Positions 20,432-31,215 are shown, counted from the stretch's first letter. The stretch: DNA of 64,000 nucleotides from Phycisphaeraceae bacterium (GCA_963674705.1 OY771506.1:1760001-1824000); one strand, 5' to 3'. Translations and numbers: made by a program. The notes: generated from the sequence alone by a model not told the origin.

Positions 20432-21904
20432 TCAGTGCGAGTTCTCACTCTTCTTAACCTGATACAGCGGGTTCGGCACAGGCATCTGCACATCCGCATC
20501 ATGCAGCCATGACGTGAGGCGCTTGTGTAGCTGCTCAACTATTTCCGGATACTTCGCCGCTACGTTCTGCGACTCGCTGATGTCTTCAGCGAGGTTGTAC
20601 AGCTCGATACGGTTGTCTTCGTAAAACTGGATCAGCTTCCAGTCGCCTGATCGGATCACGCTGCAGGGTGTCGCCGGATCGGGGTGACCCGCGCCGATGT
20701 AGTTCGGGAAGTGCCAGAACAGTGCATCGCGATCGATGCTTGCCGTCTGAGTCAGCAGCGGCATCAGGTCGACGCCGTCCACATGCTGCGTCGGCATCGC
20801 GGGCAGATCAACCGCATCCAGCAGCGTGGGATAGAAGTCCGTGCTGGTCACGGGTGTATCACACGTGCTGCCTGCTTCGATCACACCCGGCCAGCGCACG
20901 ATCAAAGGCACACGGATGCCGCCCTCATAGAAGTTCCCCTTGTTGCCTCGCAACGGCTGCGCCGATGTGTACTTGCCATGCCCGCCGTTGTCGGAATAGA
21001 AAACGACGATCGTGTTGTCCGCGAGGTCCAGATCTTCCAACGTCTGCAAGACACGCCCGACGTTCTGATCGACGTTATCCACCATCGCGGCGTACTTCGC
21101 GTTGTTTTGATGCTCACCCTTGGGTCGATCTTCATACTTGGCAAGGTCTTCATCCTTCACCTGGATCGGCGTGTGCACCGCGTAATGCGACAGGTAAATA
21201 AAGAAAGGACGATCCCTGTTCATCTTGATGAACTTGATCGTCTCGTCCGTCAGTCGATCCGTCAGGTATTCGCCTTCGTGGCCATCCTTAAAAAGCTGCC
21301 AGTTGATCCATGGATGATCCTTCGTCATCCGCCACTTGCCTTTGTAAGGATAGAAGTACGTGCCGGGGTTGCCCATGTTGTTGCCGGCGATGTTCATATC
21401 GAAGCCCTGCGCCTCGGGGTAGTACGCCTCATCCCAACAGACGTGCCACTTACCGATGCTCGCGCAGACGTAGCCCTGCTCCTTCAAAGCTTCCGCGATC
21501 GTCACCTCTTCCAACGGCAGGTTCTTGACGTAGTTGGCCGGGATCAAAGGCAAGGGCCCTTCCATCCGCAGGTTGCCCTGGATCGGGATCGCATGCGTGA
21601 TGCGCAGCCGGCCGGGATACTTGCCCGTCAAGATCGCCGCACGCGTCGGCGAACACACCGAACAGGCCGCATACGCCTGAGTGAACTTCATCCCCTCACC
21701 GGCCAACCGATCGATATTAGGCGTGTCATAAAAATCGCTGCCGAAACAACCCACATCCGTCCAGCCCAGGTCGTCGATCAATATGAAAACAATATTCGGC
21801 AGCCGATCAGGTTCAACAACCTCCGGCGGCTCCGCTTGAACGCGCACGATCGTAGCCAGTCCAATCAACAACACTGACATCAAAAGCAATCGAGACATGG
21901 TCAT
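20432..21904 (-). CDS. Formylglycine-dependent sulfatase, exported
   Basis: PNIVFILIDDLG, CSPTRAAILTG, GKWH, SDNGG, YEGGIRVP; signal peptide. Confidence 0.95.
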   Translation of the reverse strand: MTMSRLLLMSVLLIGLATIVRVQAEPPEVVEPDRLPNIVFILIDDLGWTDVGCFGSDFYDTPNIDRLAGEGMKFTQAYAACSVCSPTRAAILTGKYPGRLRITHAIPIQGNLRMEGPLPLIPANYVKNLPLEEVTIAEALKEQGYVCASIGKWHVCWDEAYYPEAQGFDMNIAGNNMGNPGTYFYPYKGKWRMTKDHPWINWQLFKDGHEGEYLTDRLTDETIKFIKMNRDRPFFIYLSHYAVHTPIQVKDEDLAKYEDRPKGEHQNNAKYAAMVDNVDQNVGRVLQTLEDLDLADNTIVVFYSDNGGHGKYTSAQPLRGNKGNFYEGGIRVPLIVRWPGVIEAGSTCDTPVTSTDFYPTLLDAVDLPAMPTQHVDGVDLMPLLTQTASIDRDALFWHFPNYIGAGHPDPATPCSVIRSGDWKLIQFYEDNRIELYNLAEDISESQNVAAKYPEIVEQLHKRLTSWLHDADVQMPVPNPLYQVKKSENSH

Positions 21905-22155
21905 CTAAACTCCGACAAGATCTCTCCAAGTATCACAACAACCATATTACATCCAACGCACGTTGACAATGAAAACTTCAACACAAAAGTATCACACAAG
22001 AAAGATGGAATATGTGCGCTTGGCGGATAAATATTTCTTAAAAAATGCTTCGGATATGCGTGGGAAGATATGAAGTTTAGCCACCGATGAACACGGATAA
22101 GAGAAACATAGCCGGGCTGGAAGTGAATTCGAGTGGTCGTGCCTAAAAGCTTTAT

Positions 22156-22713
22156 CTAAGGTTGAGACTGTTCTGTTTCTGTCACCACTTGCAGGTGAGA
22201 TTCATCGGGCGGCACAAGCATCATTAATTCAAAGAACGGGGTTCTACGACTCCATTTAGATATATAACCTTCTTCCACCTTGCCCGGCTTTACCTCTCGA
22301 TAGACGTACCAACCTTCAAACATCGTTATCAGCTGATTCCCGGATTCGGTATCGTGTTGAACTAGGATAGCGGTTTGTGTTGTAGGCTTCTTCTTCCATG
22401 CTTCAAATGAGAATGACGCAGGAGCCTCTTCGCTTGTCGCGGGTGTTGCATTAATTCCACCGAGCCAATCGTATAAGCCCCCAAACCGAACACTAGAAGG
22501 GTCAAGTACAATCACTCGTATCTGGCTTGGATCGTCTGACTCACTCAGATAAACGTAGATGGGATATTGGGGCATGTAACCTATATCAACGTACTCCGGT
22601 TCTTCATCCGACCAATAGTGGATCCACGCCAACACCACGCACGTCAGAATCGCACCGATAATCGCGCCAATGACGAGTGACGGGTGGTGAGTTTTTGTCT
22701 GTGTTAGACTCAT
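22156..22713 (-). CDS. Hypothetical membrane-anchored protein, visibly lower GC
   Basis: 185-aa ORF with an N-terminal TM helix, A/T-ending codons and AT-rich flanks. Confidence 0.65.
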   Translation of the reverse strand: MSLTQTKTHHPSLVIGAIIGAILTCVVLAWIHYWSDEEPEYVDIGYMPQYPIYVYLSESDDPSQIRVIVLDPSSVRFGGLYDWLGGINATPATSEEAPASFSFEAWKKKPTTQTAILVQHDTESGNQLITMFEGWYVYREVKPGKVEEGYISKWSRRTPFFELMMLVPPDESHLQVVTETEQSQP

Positions 22714-22848
22714 ATCCGGATACCTTTAAGGAGTCTTCAACCCTAAAGGTATCGACATAAATCAGGAAATTATTCAACGGTGTTTATATAAACATAGACC
22801 TATAGGTATTGATTAATATGAATCCGTGTTCATCTGTGGCTAAAACTG

Positions 22849-23424
22849 CTACTCAGCTTCCGCCACGCGCTCACGGATCATCTTCATCAGGCGCGCTTCC
22901 ATGTAGGGGTCCCGGCCGATCGGTTCCCAGTACGTGCCGATGACGCCCTGCTCGCTCAGCGCTCTTGGGGTTGCGGCCAGGTCGGTGAAGACGGTTCGCC
23001 GGGCTGATCCGGCCATGCGGCGCGTGGGGACTTCCATGCGCTCGCGGATCACTTCAACCTCAAACGTGTAGCCATCGTCCGTGCTTGACGCTTCGTCCTT
23101 TGCAAACTGCACGTTCACGCGCCGCTGTTCATTGGAAAGCGTTGAGCTGATCGTCTGGTCGGTCGTCGTGTTCTGATCGTTCCAGACCTCGAAGATATTC
23201 GGCGAGCCCTGGCCCAACGTCGTGATCGTTCCGAACCGGTAGTCCCGCCGATCGATCACGTACCCCTTCTCTCGCAGCACGTCGATCGTTGTCTCGAAGT
23301 AGTCTTTATATTGTTCGCTGCTGATCGCGACCGGGTTATCGGCTTCAACAAGCTGCCGGGAGCAGCCTGCGCCTAAAAAACAGATCACGATAAGCAGTAT
23401 CAGGCATCGGTGTCGGCTGGTCAT
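22849..23424 (-). CDS. Hypothetical lipoprotein
   Basis: Signal peptide with lipobox GAGC; GYVIDRRDYRFGTITT. Confidence 0.75.
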   Translation of the reverse strand: MTSRHRCLILLIVICFLGAGCSRQLVEADNPVAISSEQYKDYFETTIDVLREKGYVIDRRDYRFGTITTLGQGSPNIFEVWNDQNTTTDQTISSTLSNEQRRVNVQFAKDEASSTDDGYTFEVEVIRERMEVPTRRMAGSARRTVFTDLAATPRALSEQGVIGTYWEPIGRDPYMEARLMKMIRERVAEAE

Positions 23425-23536
23425 GGTGCTATCAGTCTACCCGAGACCGGAAAAACCCGCTACGCCTCGATTAGCTGGGGTTTTTGCTAGTTATTGAAGC
23501 AAACGGTTCAACGTCTGACCGTCTTATCGAACCCAC

Positions 23537-23645
23537 TAACGGCTAGCCCATCCCAACCCGATAAGTCGATAACCCTTCCCGCCAGACCCATATCCTGCGG
23601 AAACATTTGCACAACACTAAAGCACATCACTACCTGCACCGATCC
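23537..23645 (+). promoter_or_regulatory. Candidate sigma28 (FliA)-type promoters upstream of cheW
   Basis: TAAC-N16-CCCGATAA near 23537-23564 and TAAA-N16-ACCGATCC at 23618-23645; both are imperfect matches. Confidence 0.35.
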
Positions 23646-23740
23646 TGAGATAGTCCGATGCGATGGTCCAGGGATCATCTTATCCGGGCCTTGGAGGCAA
23701 GGCCTCAAACCAGCGACAGCCTTTGAGCGGAGAAAGACTC

Positions 23741-24271
23741 ATGGCAACCGAAACGCAGACACAGTATACGCAAGACATCAGTGCCTCCGGCGGCCAGTCA
23801 TCATCCGATGGCGAACTGCTGCAGCTCGTGAGTTTCGAGGTCGGCGATGAAGAATACGCCGTCCCGATCCTCAGCGTCCAGGAAATCAACCGGATGATGC
23901 AGATCACCCGTGTGCCTCAGAGCCCCGAGTTCGTCGAGGGCGTCATCAATCTGCGCGGCAAGATCATACCCGTGATCGACCTGCGCAAACGCTTCGGCCT
24001 CACCGAGCTGGAGAACTCCGACGACGTGCGCATCATCGTCGTCGAAGTCGCCAACCGTGTGATCGGCTTTACCGTCGACCGCGTCAACGAGGTGCTGCGT
24101 ATCAGCTCCAGCATCGTCGAGCCCCCGCCGTCGATGGTTTGCGGCATCGATACCGACTACGTGCAAGGGGTCGGCAAGCTTGATGATCGCCTCTTGATCC
24201 TGCTTCACCTTGAGAAGCTGTTCTCGGCCGCGGAAATCGCGGAAATCGACCAGGGCCTCAAGGCCGCGTAA
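23741..24271 (+). CDS. cheW: Chemotaxis coupling protein CheW
   Basis: VQEINRM..ITRVP...VEGVINLRGKIIPVIDLRKRF. Confidence 0.96.
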   Translation: MATETQTQYTQDISASGGQSSSDGELLQLVSFEVGDEEYAVPILSVQEINRMMQITRVPQSPEFVEGVINLRGKIIPVIDLRKRFGLTELENSDDVRIIVVEVANRVIGFTVDRVNEVLRISSSIVEPPPSMVCGIDTDYVQGVGKLDDRLLILLHLEKLFSAAEIAEIDQGLKAA

Positions 24272-24361
24272 ATCTTTGTTCCCGGGTCCGCTGTCACAGG
24301 CGGGCCCGGAAAACTTTGATAGGGGCTGTTTCATCTCGGGGTAATAAGGGCAGGTAAACCA

Positions 24362-25207
24362 ATGGCACTCAAAAGCATCACACTGAGTCCCGCTCAGTTC
24401 GAGAAACTGCGTAAGGTCGTTTACGAACGTTCGGGCATCTACTTCCAGGATTCCAAGAAGTATGTTCTGGAAAGCAGGCTCTCGCGACGCCTGGAAGAAC
24501 TTGAGTTTGACGACTTCGACCAATACATCATGTTCCTGACCGCCGGCCCGTACCAGTCCGACGAGTTCCAGGAAATGTTCAACCGCATCACCATCAACGA
24601 GACCAGCTTCTTCCGCAACGAGCCACAACTGGAAGTTTTCGAACGCGAGGTTCTGCCTCAACTTCTCGAAAAACGCAGCAGCACCAAAACCCTGCGCATC
24701 TGGTCCGCGGCGTGTTCAAGTGGGGAAGAACCTTACACCCTCGCGATCCAGGTCCACCGCTCCCTCGGCGTCCGACTGGCGGACTGGCGCATCGAGATCC
24801 TCGGCACGGACATCAGCGAAAAGGTCCTCATGACCGCGCAGTCCGGCAAGTACCCCCACTACTCGATCCGCTCCGTCAACCCGATGGTGCTCAACCGCTA
24901 CTTCAAAGAAGAGGGCAGCCTCTTCGTGCTCGATCCGACGATCCAGAGCATGGTCAGCTTCCAGAAGCTGAACCTCAAGGACAAGCTGGCCGCCAAACGC
25001 TTCGGCAAGTGGGACGTCATCTTCTGCCGAAACGTCATGATCTACTTCGATGATGAAATGAAGAACCTGTGCGCCAACATGTTCCACGAACAGCTCCAGG
25101 ATGATGGGACATTGTTCATCGGCCACAGCGAAACACTACGCAATCTGAACGCTAAATTTGAGGCGCTGCCCTTCCCCCAGGGATTCGCATACAAGAAGGG
25201 CGCTTAA
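24362..25207 (+). CDS. cheR: Chemotaxis methyltransferase CheR
   Basis: TINETSFFR, IWSAACSSGEEPY, DVIFCRNVMIYF, GHSE. Confidence 0.97.
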   Translation: MALKSITLSPAQFEKLRKVVYERSGIYFQDSKKYVLESRLSRRLEELEFDDFDQYIMFLTAGPYQSDEFQEMFNRITINETSFFRNEPQLEVFEREVLPQLLEKRSSTKTLRIWSAACSSGEEPYTLAIQVHRSLGVRLADWRIEILGTDISEKVLMTAQSGKYPHYSIRSVNPMVLNRYFKEEGSLFVLDPTIQSMVSFQKLNLKDKLAAKRFGKWDVIFCRNVMIYFDDEMKNLCANMFHEQLQDDGTLFIGHSETLRNLNAKFEALPFPQGFAYKKGA

Positions 25208-25222
25208 GAGAGGTAAACGAAC

Positions 25223-27598
25223 GTGTCTGACGCCATGGACCCAAGTCTGTTGCAGGACTTCCTGACCGAGTCGGGCGAGCTGATCGAACAGCTCGACGCC
25301 GACCTTGTCAAGCTTGAATCTGCAGATAGCGATGACGAAGCACAGGAACTGTGCAACGGCTGTTTCCGCGCTTTGCACACCATCAAAGGCGCCGCCAGTT
25401 TCCTAGGCCTCACCGCCGTCACCACCTTCGCCCACGCCGCAGAAGATGCGCTGAACCGTCTCCGTAAAGGTGAAGTCGGCGTGACCGAAGAGGTCATGGA
25501 TGCGCTGCTGCAAAGCGCCGACGTCGTCAAGGGTATGATCGAACAGCTCTCGGCCGGCGAAGACGCTCATGATGGCCCGGCAGGCCTGATCGCCACGTTG
25601 CACGCTATCGCCGAAGGGCCCGCGCAAACGGACGCCCCCGCCGACAGCGCCCCGGCTGCCGATAACGCCGCCGCTGCTTCCGATCAAGCACCCGCCAACG
25701 ATGATAAGCCCGGCGAACCGCTGCACCTGGGGCCGCAGAAGATCGACCTGCTCGAGTTCATGATCATCGACCTGCAGGACGCATCCAAGCAGATCGGTGA
25801 AGCCGTGCAAGGCCTGGGTAATGACGCCACCCTCGAAGAATCCGCGAACCATCTGCATGAAGTCTGTCAGGAGATGGAAAAGACCGCCGAGTTCTTCGAG
25901 CTCGATCAACTGACATCGCTTATCAAGGTCCTGACCTCGGTTTCTTCGAAGGTCGCCGAAACGCCACGCGAGATCATTGACGAAATCGCGGTGCGTATCA
26001 AAGCGGCTTTGAAGCTCATCGATCAGCAGACCGTGGCGCTCAACGATCAGCGCGCCTTGAGTTGGCCGTTGGATACCCTCTGCGAACGTCTGACGACACT
26101 GGCGGATGGCAAACCTCTTGACGATGATGTCAAAGGCAAACACGAGGGCGATCCGGACAAGCTGCTGCTTCTCGACGGTGTGATTACCGAAGTACCGGCT
26201 AAAGTCGAATCCGAGCCTGCACCACAAGTCGAATCTGCGACGCAAGCAGAACCTATGGCGGCAGTTGCACAACCCGAAGCCCCGGCAAGTGCTTCAGCTC
26301 AGCCCGCATCCGAACCCGACAAGAGCGCCGAGAAGCCGGAAGAAAAAGCCGCCGCCGCATCGCAGGCAGCAGCCAAGCCCGTCGCCGAGCAGACCATCCG
26401 CGTCGAAGTCAGTCGGCTCGAGTCGTTGCTCAACCTCGTCGGCCAGCTGGTCCTCAACAAGAACCGCATCCTCGCGCTGACACGCAACGTGAAGGATTAC
26501 GACGTCCCACAGGAAGTCGAGGAAGACTTCGCCAGCGCCGCCGGCGACCTGGATCACCTGATGAGCGAGTTGCAGGTCAGTGTCATGCGGACACGCATGC
26601 AGCCGCTGGCCAAGCTCTTCGATCGCTACCCGCGCGTGATCCGTGATATGGCGAGGATGACGCACAAGAAGATCAACCTCGACATCGTCGGCAAGGATAC
26701 CGAGGTCGACAAGACCGTTCTCGAACAGTTGGCCGACCCGCTGGTACATATCCTGCGCAACTCGGCCGACCACGGCGTGGAACTGCCCGAAGACCGTACC
26801 GCCTCGGGCAAGTCTGAGACCGGCACGATCAAACTCGAAGCCGAACACCAGGGCAGCCACGTCCGCGTCGCCATCACCGACGACGGCAAGGGACTCGACC
26901 GCGAAGTCCTTGGCGCCAAGGCTGTCGAGAAAGGCCTGACCACGCCCGAAAAACTCGAACAGCTCTCCGACGAAGACGTCTTCGGATTCATCTTCGCCGC
27001 CGGCTTCTCCACCGCCAAGCAGGTCAGCGACCTGTCCGGCCGGGGCGTCGGGATGGACGTGGTCCGCACCAACATCAACAAGCTCAATGGCACCATCAAC
27101 GTCATGAGCAAGAAGGGTAAAGGCACCACGATCGAGATACTGATCCCGCTGACCGTTGCGATCATGCCTGCCATGGTCGTCGGCGTCGGGTCACACCTGT
27201 ACTCGATCCCGCTTCAGAGCATCGTCGAAATCGTCAGGCCCGAACCCCAAGAAGTGAAGAGCGTTTCAGGACATCCGGTGATGCAGTTGCGCGATACCGT
27301 GCTGCCGCTGCTGGACATGCGTAAGCGTCTGAGTGAAACCCAGGTCGAGGACGGTGGACGCTTTGCCGTGGTCGTCGGTGTCGGCGGTCAACGTGTCGGT
27401 CTGTGTGTCGACAAGCTGGTCGGCCAACAGGAAATCGTGATTAAACCCCTGGACGATACGTACACACAGGGTGGTCCGTTCAGCGGCGCCACCATCCGGG
27501 AAGACGGCGACGTGTGCCTGATCCTGGACGTCGTACAGTTAATTCGTAGCAACAACAACACCAAGCAGGTCAACAGTGAATTGAAGGCGGCCGCCTGA
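25223..27598 (+). CDS. cheA: Chemotaxis histidine kinase CheA
   Basis: Hpt FRALHTIKG, HILRNSADHG, DDGKG, GFSTA...SGRGVGMDVV, C-terminal CheW-like domain. Confidence 0.97.
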   Translation: MSDAMDPSLLQDFLTESGELIEQLDADLVKLESADSDDEAQELCNGCFRALHTIKGAASFLGLTAVTTFAHAAEDALNRLRKGEVGVTEEVMDALLQSADVVKGMIEQLSAGEDAHDGPAGLIATLHAIAEGPAQTDAPADSAPAADNAAAASDQAPANDDKPGEPLHLGPQKIDLLEFMIIDLQDASKQIGEAVQGLGNDATLEESANHLHEVCQEMEKTAEFFELDQLTSLIKVLTSVSSKVAETPREIIDEIAVRIKAALKLIDQQTVALNDQRALSWPLDTLCERLTTLADGKPLDDDVKGKHEGDPDKLLLLDGVITEVPAKVESEPAPQVESATQAEPMAAVAQPEAPASASAQPASEPDKSAEKPEEKAAAASQAAAKPVAEQTIRVEVSRLESLLNLVGQLVLNKNRILALTRNVKDYDVPQEVEEDFASAAGDLDHLMSELQVSVMRTRMQPLAKLFDRYPRVIRDMARMTHKKINLDIVGKDTEVDKTVLEQLADPLVHILRNSADHGVELPEDRTASGKSETGTIKLEAEHQGSHVRVAITDDGKGLDREVLGAKAVEKGLTTPEKLEQLSDEDVFGFIFAAGFSTAKQVSDLSGRGVGMDVVRTNINKLNGTINVMSKKGKGTTIEILIPLTVAIMPAMVVGVGSHLYSIPLQSIVEIVRPEPQEVKSVSGHPVMQLRDTVLPLLDMRKRLSETQVEDGGRFAVVVGVGGQRVGLCVDKLVGQQEIVIKPLDDTYTQGGPFSGATIREDGDVCLILDVVQLIRSNNNTKQVNSELKAAA

Positions 27599-27618
27599 TA
27601 CTCAAGGAGAACAAAGCC

Positions 27619-28098
27619 GTGGATCAGTCCTACATCATCCCGTTCATCAAATCGGTACAGAACGTATACGAAACGATGCTGCAACTGCCCGTGCAGATGG
27701 GCCAGCCCGAGCTCAAGCAGCCCGGCGAAGCAGGTCACGACGTCTCAGCGATTATCGGCATGTCCGGTGACGTCGAGGGGTCCGTCGTGCTCAGCTTCCC
27801 CACCGCGACTGCCGAACGTGTCGTCGCCATCTTCACCGGCATGGAGCTCAAATCCGACCATGAAGATTTTGCCGACGCCGTGGGCGAACTGGTGAACATG
27901 GTCTCCGGCGGCGCCAAGGCGCAGTTCGGCGGCAAAGAGGTCACCATCAGCTGCCCCTCCGTCGTTATCGGCGAGAAGCACCAGGTGTACGGCCGCAAGG
28001 ACGTCGTCGCCATCTGCATCCCATGCGAGTGCGACTGCGGCGAGTTTAATGTGGAAGTATCGATCCGTCAGGGTGCCGGTGCTCCGGCCGCGGGTTGA
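27619..28098 (+). CDS. cheX: Chemotaxis phosphatase CheX
   Basis: DVSAIIGMSG, DAVGELVNMVSGGA (ExxN motif). Confidence 0.92.
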   Translation: MDQSYIIPFIKSVQNVYETMLQLPVQMGQPELKQPGEAGHDVSAIIGMSGDVEGSVVLSFPTATAERVVAIFTGMELKSDHEDFADAVGELVNMVSGGAKAQFGGKEVTISCPSVVIGEKHQVYGRKDVVAICIPCECDCGEFNVEVSIRQGAGAPAAG

Positions 28099-28181
28099 TA
28101 AAGGCATCTAGGTGGTTACCCGAATATATATAAACATAACCAGTGGCCCCTTCATGCCACAACGGACAGGAGCGAATTACG

Positions 28182-28550
28182 ATGAAAGTCATGCTAGTAG
28201 ATGACTCTAAGACGATGCGGAATATCCAGAAGGGTATCCTCACCCAGCTCGGGTACACCGAACTGGAAGAAGCATGCGACGGCCTGGATGCGCTGTCCAA
28301 GGTCGGCGCCTTCCAGCCCGAACTGCTGCTCGTCGACTGGAACATGCCCAACATGGACGGCCTCACCTTCGTCAAGAAGTACCGTGAGCAGGGACACAAG
28401 TCCCCCATCATCATGGTCACGACCGAAGCTGAAAAGTCCCGCGTCGTCGAGGCGATCAAGGCCGGCGTCCAGAACTACGTCGTCAAGCCCTTTACCCCCG
28501 ACCTGTTGGGTGAACGGATTAAAGAGACTCTCGAGCGTGTCGCGGCCTGA
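28182..28550 (+). CDS. cheY: Chemotaxis response regulator CheY
   Basis: VDDSKTMR, DWNMPNMDG, MVTTE, YVVKPF; start at the ATG after AGGAG. Confidence 0.93.
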   Translation: MKVMLVDDSKTMRNIQKGILTQLGYTELEEACDGLDALSKVGAFQPELLLVDWNMPNMDGLTFVKKYREQGHKSPIIMVTTEAEKSRVVEAIKAGVQNYVVKPFTPDLLGERIKETLERVAA

Positions 28551-28588
28551 TCCACTTGGGTCTACCACGGCGTGGATGGAGCTATCCT

Positions 28589-30064
28589 ATGGCCGCCGAG
28601 CAACACAAAACGCCGTCGGTCATCATCGCACCCGATAAGGCCACGGCCACCCTCCAGATTCCGCCCGGATGCGAACGGGCCCTGCTTACCGAGCAACTGC
28701 TCATCGGACAGATCACCGGCGCGGGTGTCGAAGTGACCGAACACACCACGCGGGTGATCCGTTCTTTTATTGCTCAGCCGCCTGACGATCAGGACAAGAC
28801 CATATCACTGGATATCGCGCACGCCACGCCTCCCGTGCACGGCATTGATGGCAAGGTCGTCTGGAACGATAAGGATAAAGATAAAGCAACCGCAGAAGAT
28901 CACGCCCAAACTTCTGACAAAGAGCCGGTCTCGTACTACGACCAGAGCGCGTTCCTCATGGTTGATACCGGCGATGAGATCGGTCGCGTGATCCCTCCCG
29001 AGCCGGGAGAGGACGGCCGGGATGTCACCGGCAAAACCATCTCCGCCAAGTCCGGAAAAGAAGCTCAACTTCAGATCGACGAGTCGATCATGCGCCGCTC
29101 AAACGGCACGCTCATCGCCCAACAGGACGGCGTGCTCTACCGTGAGCTCGGCAAGGCCATGATCCGAAAACTCATCCAGGTCAACGAATTCGTCGACTTC
29201 TCCACCGGTAACATCAACTTCGACGGTGACATTATCATCGGCAAGGGCGTCCGCGACTGCTTCGAAGTCACCGCCACCGGCAACATCGAAGTCAACGGCA
29301 TGATCGAGGCCGCAACCATCAACGCCGGCAAAGACCTCAACGCCAAGGGCGGCTTCGCCGGTCGTGAACGCGGACACGTATTCACCGGCGGCTGCCTGCT
29401 CGGCAAGTACCTCGACAACGTCGCCGGGCATGTCAAGCAGGACCTCAAGATCGATCGCGAAGTCATTAATTGCGAACTCAAGATCGATGGCCAGATATTC
29501 TCCCCGCAAGGTTCGATTATCGGCGGACGCATTATCCCCACCGGTGAAGTGCATATCGGAACGCTCGGCAGCGATGCCGGCGTCTTGACCGAACTGGTCA
29601 TCGGCTCCGTCCCCACCCTCGAGCCGTTCGCTTTCAAACTCGAAGACATCGCCGGACAGCTTTCCCAAGATGTTCAGAAACTCACAGACGAAAAAGATAC
29701 CATCGACAAGAACTCCACCAAGGGTCGTATGACCGCGATGGACAAAGAACGCGAAACCGAAATCATCTTCGAGTTGTCTATCCTGGGAAGCCTGCTCGAT
29801 AAAGCACAGCGGACCCTCGACCTGGTCCGCACGGAAATCAATAAACGGCGGCGTGTCGATGTTAAAGTCGAACGCAGTGTTTTCTACGGCGTGAAGTTCG
29901 AGCTCGACGGCCGGTCTTACAAGATGAATCAGACTATTTCCGGGCCCGTACGTTTTGTCATGGACGGCAAAGCGTTTGTCTACAAAAAATCGGACGGCTC
30001 GGTTCAACCCATCGGACAGGTGGCCGACGTCCACGCGATCATCCCCGGTAAGTCGGCCGCTTGA
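28589..30064 (+). CDS. DUF342/FapA-family protein
   Basis: PPVHGIDG, GEDGRDVTG, VDFSTGNINFDGDI, IIGG. Confidence 0.85.
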   Translation: MAAEQHKTPSVIIAPDKATATLQIPPGCERALLTEQLLIGQITGAGVEVTEHTTRVIRSFIAQPPDDQDKTISLDIAHATPPVHGIDGKVVWNDKDKDKATAEDHAQTSDKEPVSYYDQSAFLMVDTGDEIGRVIPPEPGEDGRDVTGKTISAKSGKEAQLQIDESIMRRSNGTLIAQQDGVLYRELGKAMIRKLIQVNEFVDFSTGNINFDGDIIIGKGVRDCFEVTATGNIEVNGMIEAATINAGKDLNAKGGFAGRERGHVFTGGCLLGKYLDNVAGHVKQDLKIDREVINCELKIDGQIFSPQGSIIGGRIIPTGEVHIGTLGSDAGVLTELVIGSVPTLEPFAFKLEDIAGQLSQDVQKLTDEKDTIDKNSTKGRMTAMDKERETEIIFELSILGSLLDKAQRTLDLVRTEINKRRRVDVKVERSVFYGVKFELDGRSYKMNQTISGPVRFVMDGKAFVYKKSDGSVQPIGQVADVHAIIPGKSAA

Positions 30065-30114
30065 ATAGTCGATACAGAAGTATTCAAACTGTAATGGTTT
30101 GTTGGAGATAAATA

Positions 30115-31164
30115 ATGCGAGTATTAGTTACCGATGACTCTGCCTTTATGCGACGTGCCGTCAGCACGATGCTCAACGCCGATCCCGAAATCGAAGTGGT
30201 CGGGTTGGCGCAGAACGGCAGGGAAGCGGTCGACCTGGCTAAGAGCCTCAAGCCCGACGTCATCACTCTCGACATCGAAATGCCCGAGATGGACGGGCTA
30301 ACCGCCCTGCGCCACATCATGCGCAGTGCGCCGACGCAGGTCCTCATGCTCAGCTCGCTGACAACCGAAGGCTCCACCGCTTCGCTTCAGGCGCTCAAGC
30401 TCGGCGCCGCCGATGTGCTCGCCAAGGACCAGTCAAACTTCTCCATGAACATGAGCCACATCCAGGAAGACCTGATCCGGCTCGTGAAAGCACTGGCAAA
30501 ATCCAATCCGCACAAAAAACCGGCTGTCGTCAAATCCGCTTCCGCAAGGATCGAACTGCCTCGATACCGTTCGTCACAGTTCGACCTCGTCTGCATCGGC
30601 TCATCGACCGGCGGACCGCCCGTCCTCGAAACTATCCTCGGCGAATTGCCCGCCACCACCAAACCACCCATCGTCGTCGCGCAGCACATGCCCGAAATCT
30701 TCACGCGTTCCATGGCTGATCGACTTAACAAGCTATGCCACCTCAACGTCAAACACATCGAGGAACGTGAACTGTTGCAGTCCGGCAACATATACATCGC
30801 ACGCGGCGGTATGCACGTGCATATCCGAAAGTCGCCCTCCGGCAAGTTCGAAGCACGTATGGATAACGAACCAACCTCCGCTATCTACAGACCAAGCGTC
30901 GATAATCTCTTCGATACCGCGGCGGATGCATCAGGCTCTCGCACACTCGCTATCGTCTTGACAGGCATCGGCTCAGACGGCCTGGAAGGCGGTAAAAAAC
31001 TTCATGCCGTCGGCGGAGAGATACTCGCACAAGACGAACAGTCCTGCGTCGTCTATGGTATGCCCAAGTCCGTCGCGCAAGCCGGCATCATCAAAGCCGC
31101 CCTTTCACCGACCGATATCGGCAAATCACTCATCAGCCTCTCGCAATCTTCCATCGCCGCGTAA
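30115..31164 (+). CDS. cheB: Chemotaxis methylesterase CheB
   Basis: Receiver domain plus GSSTGGP, AQHMP, RPSVD, LTGIGSDG, VVYGMP. Confidence 0.97.
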   Translation: MRVLVTDDSAFMRRAVSTMLNADPEIEVVGLAQNGREAVDLAKSLKPDVITLDIEMPEMDGLTALRHIMRSAPTQVLMLSSLTTEGSTASLQALKLGAADVLAKDQSNFSMNMSHIQEDLIRLVKALAKSNPHKKPAVVKSASARIELPRYRSSQFDLVCIGSSTGGPPVLETILGELPATTKPPIVVAQHMPEIFTRSMADRLNKLCHLNVKHIEERELLQSGNIYIARGGMHVHIRKSPSGKFEARMDNEPTSAIYRPSVDNLFDTAADASGSRTLAIVLTGIGSDGLEGGKKLHAVGGEILAQDEQSCVVYGMPKSVAQAGIIKAALSPTDIGKSLISLSQSSIAA

Positions 31165-31173
31165 ACTCGATTC

Positions 31174-31215
31174 GGGTATCGGGTATCGGGTATCGGGTAT
31201 CGGGTATCGGGTATC
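31174..31215 (+). repeat. Tandem 7-mer (GGGTATC)x6
   Basis: Six perfect copies counted. Confidence 0.95.
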
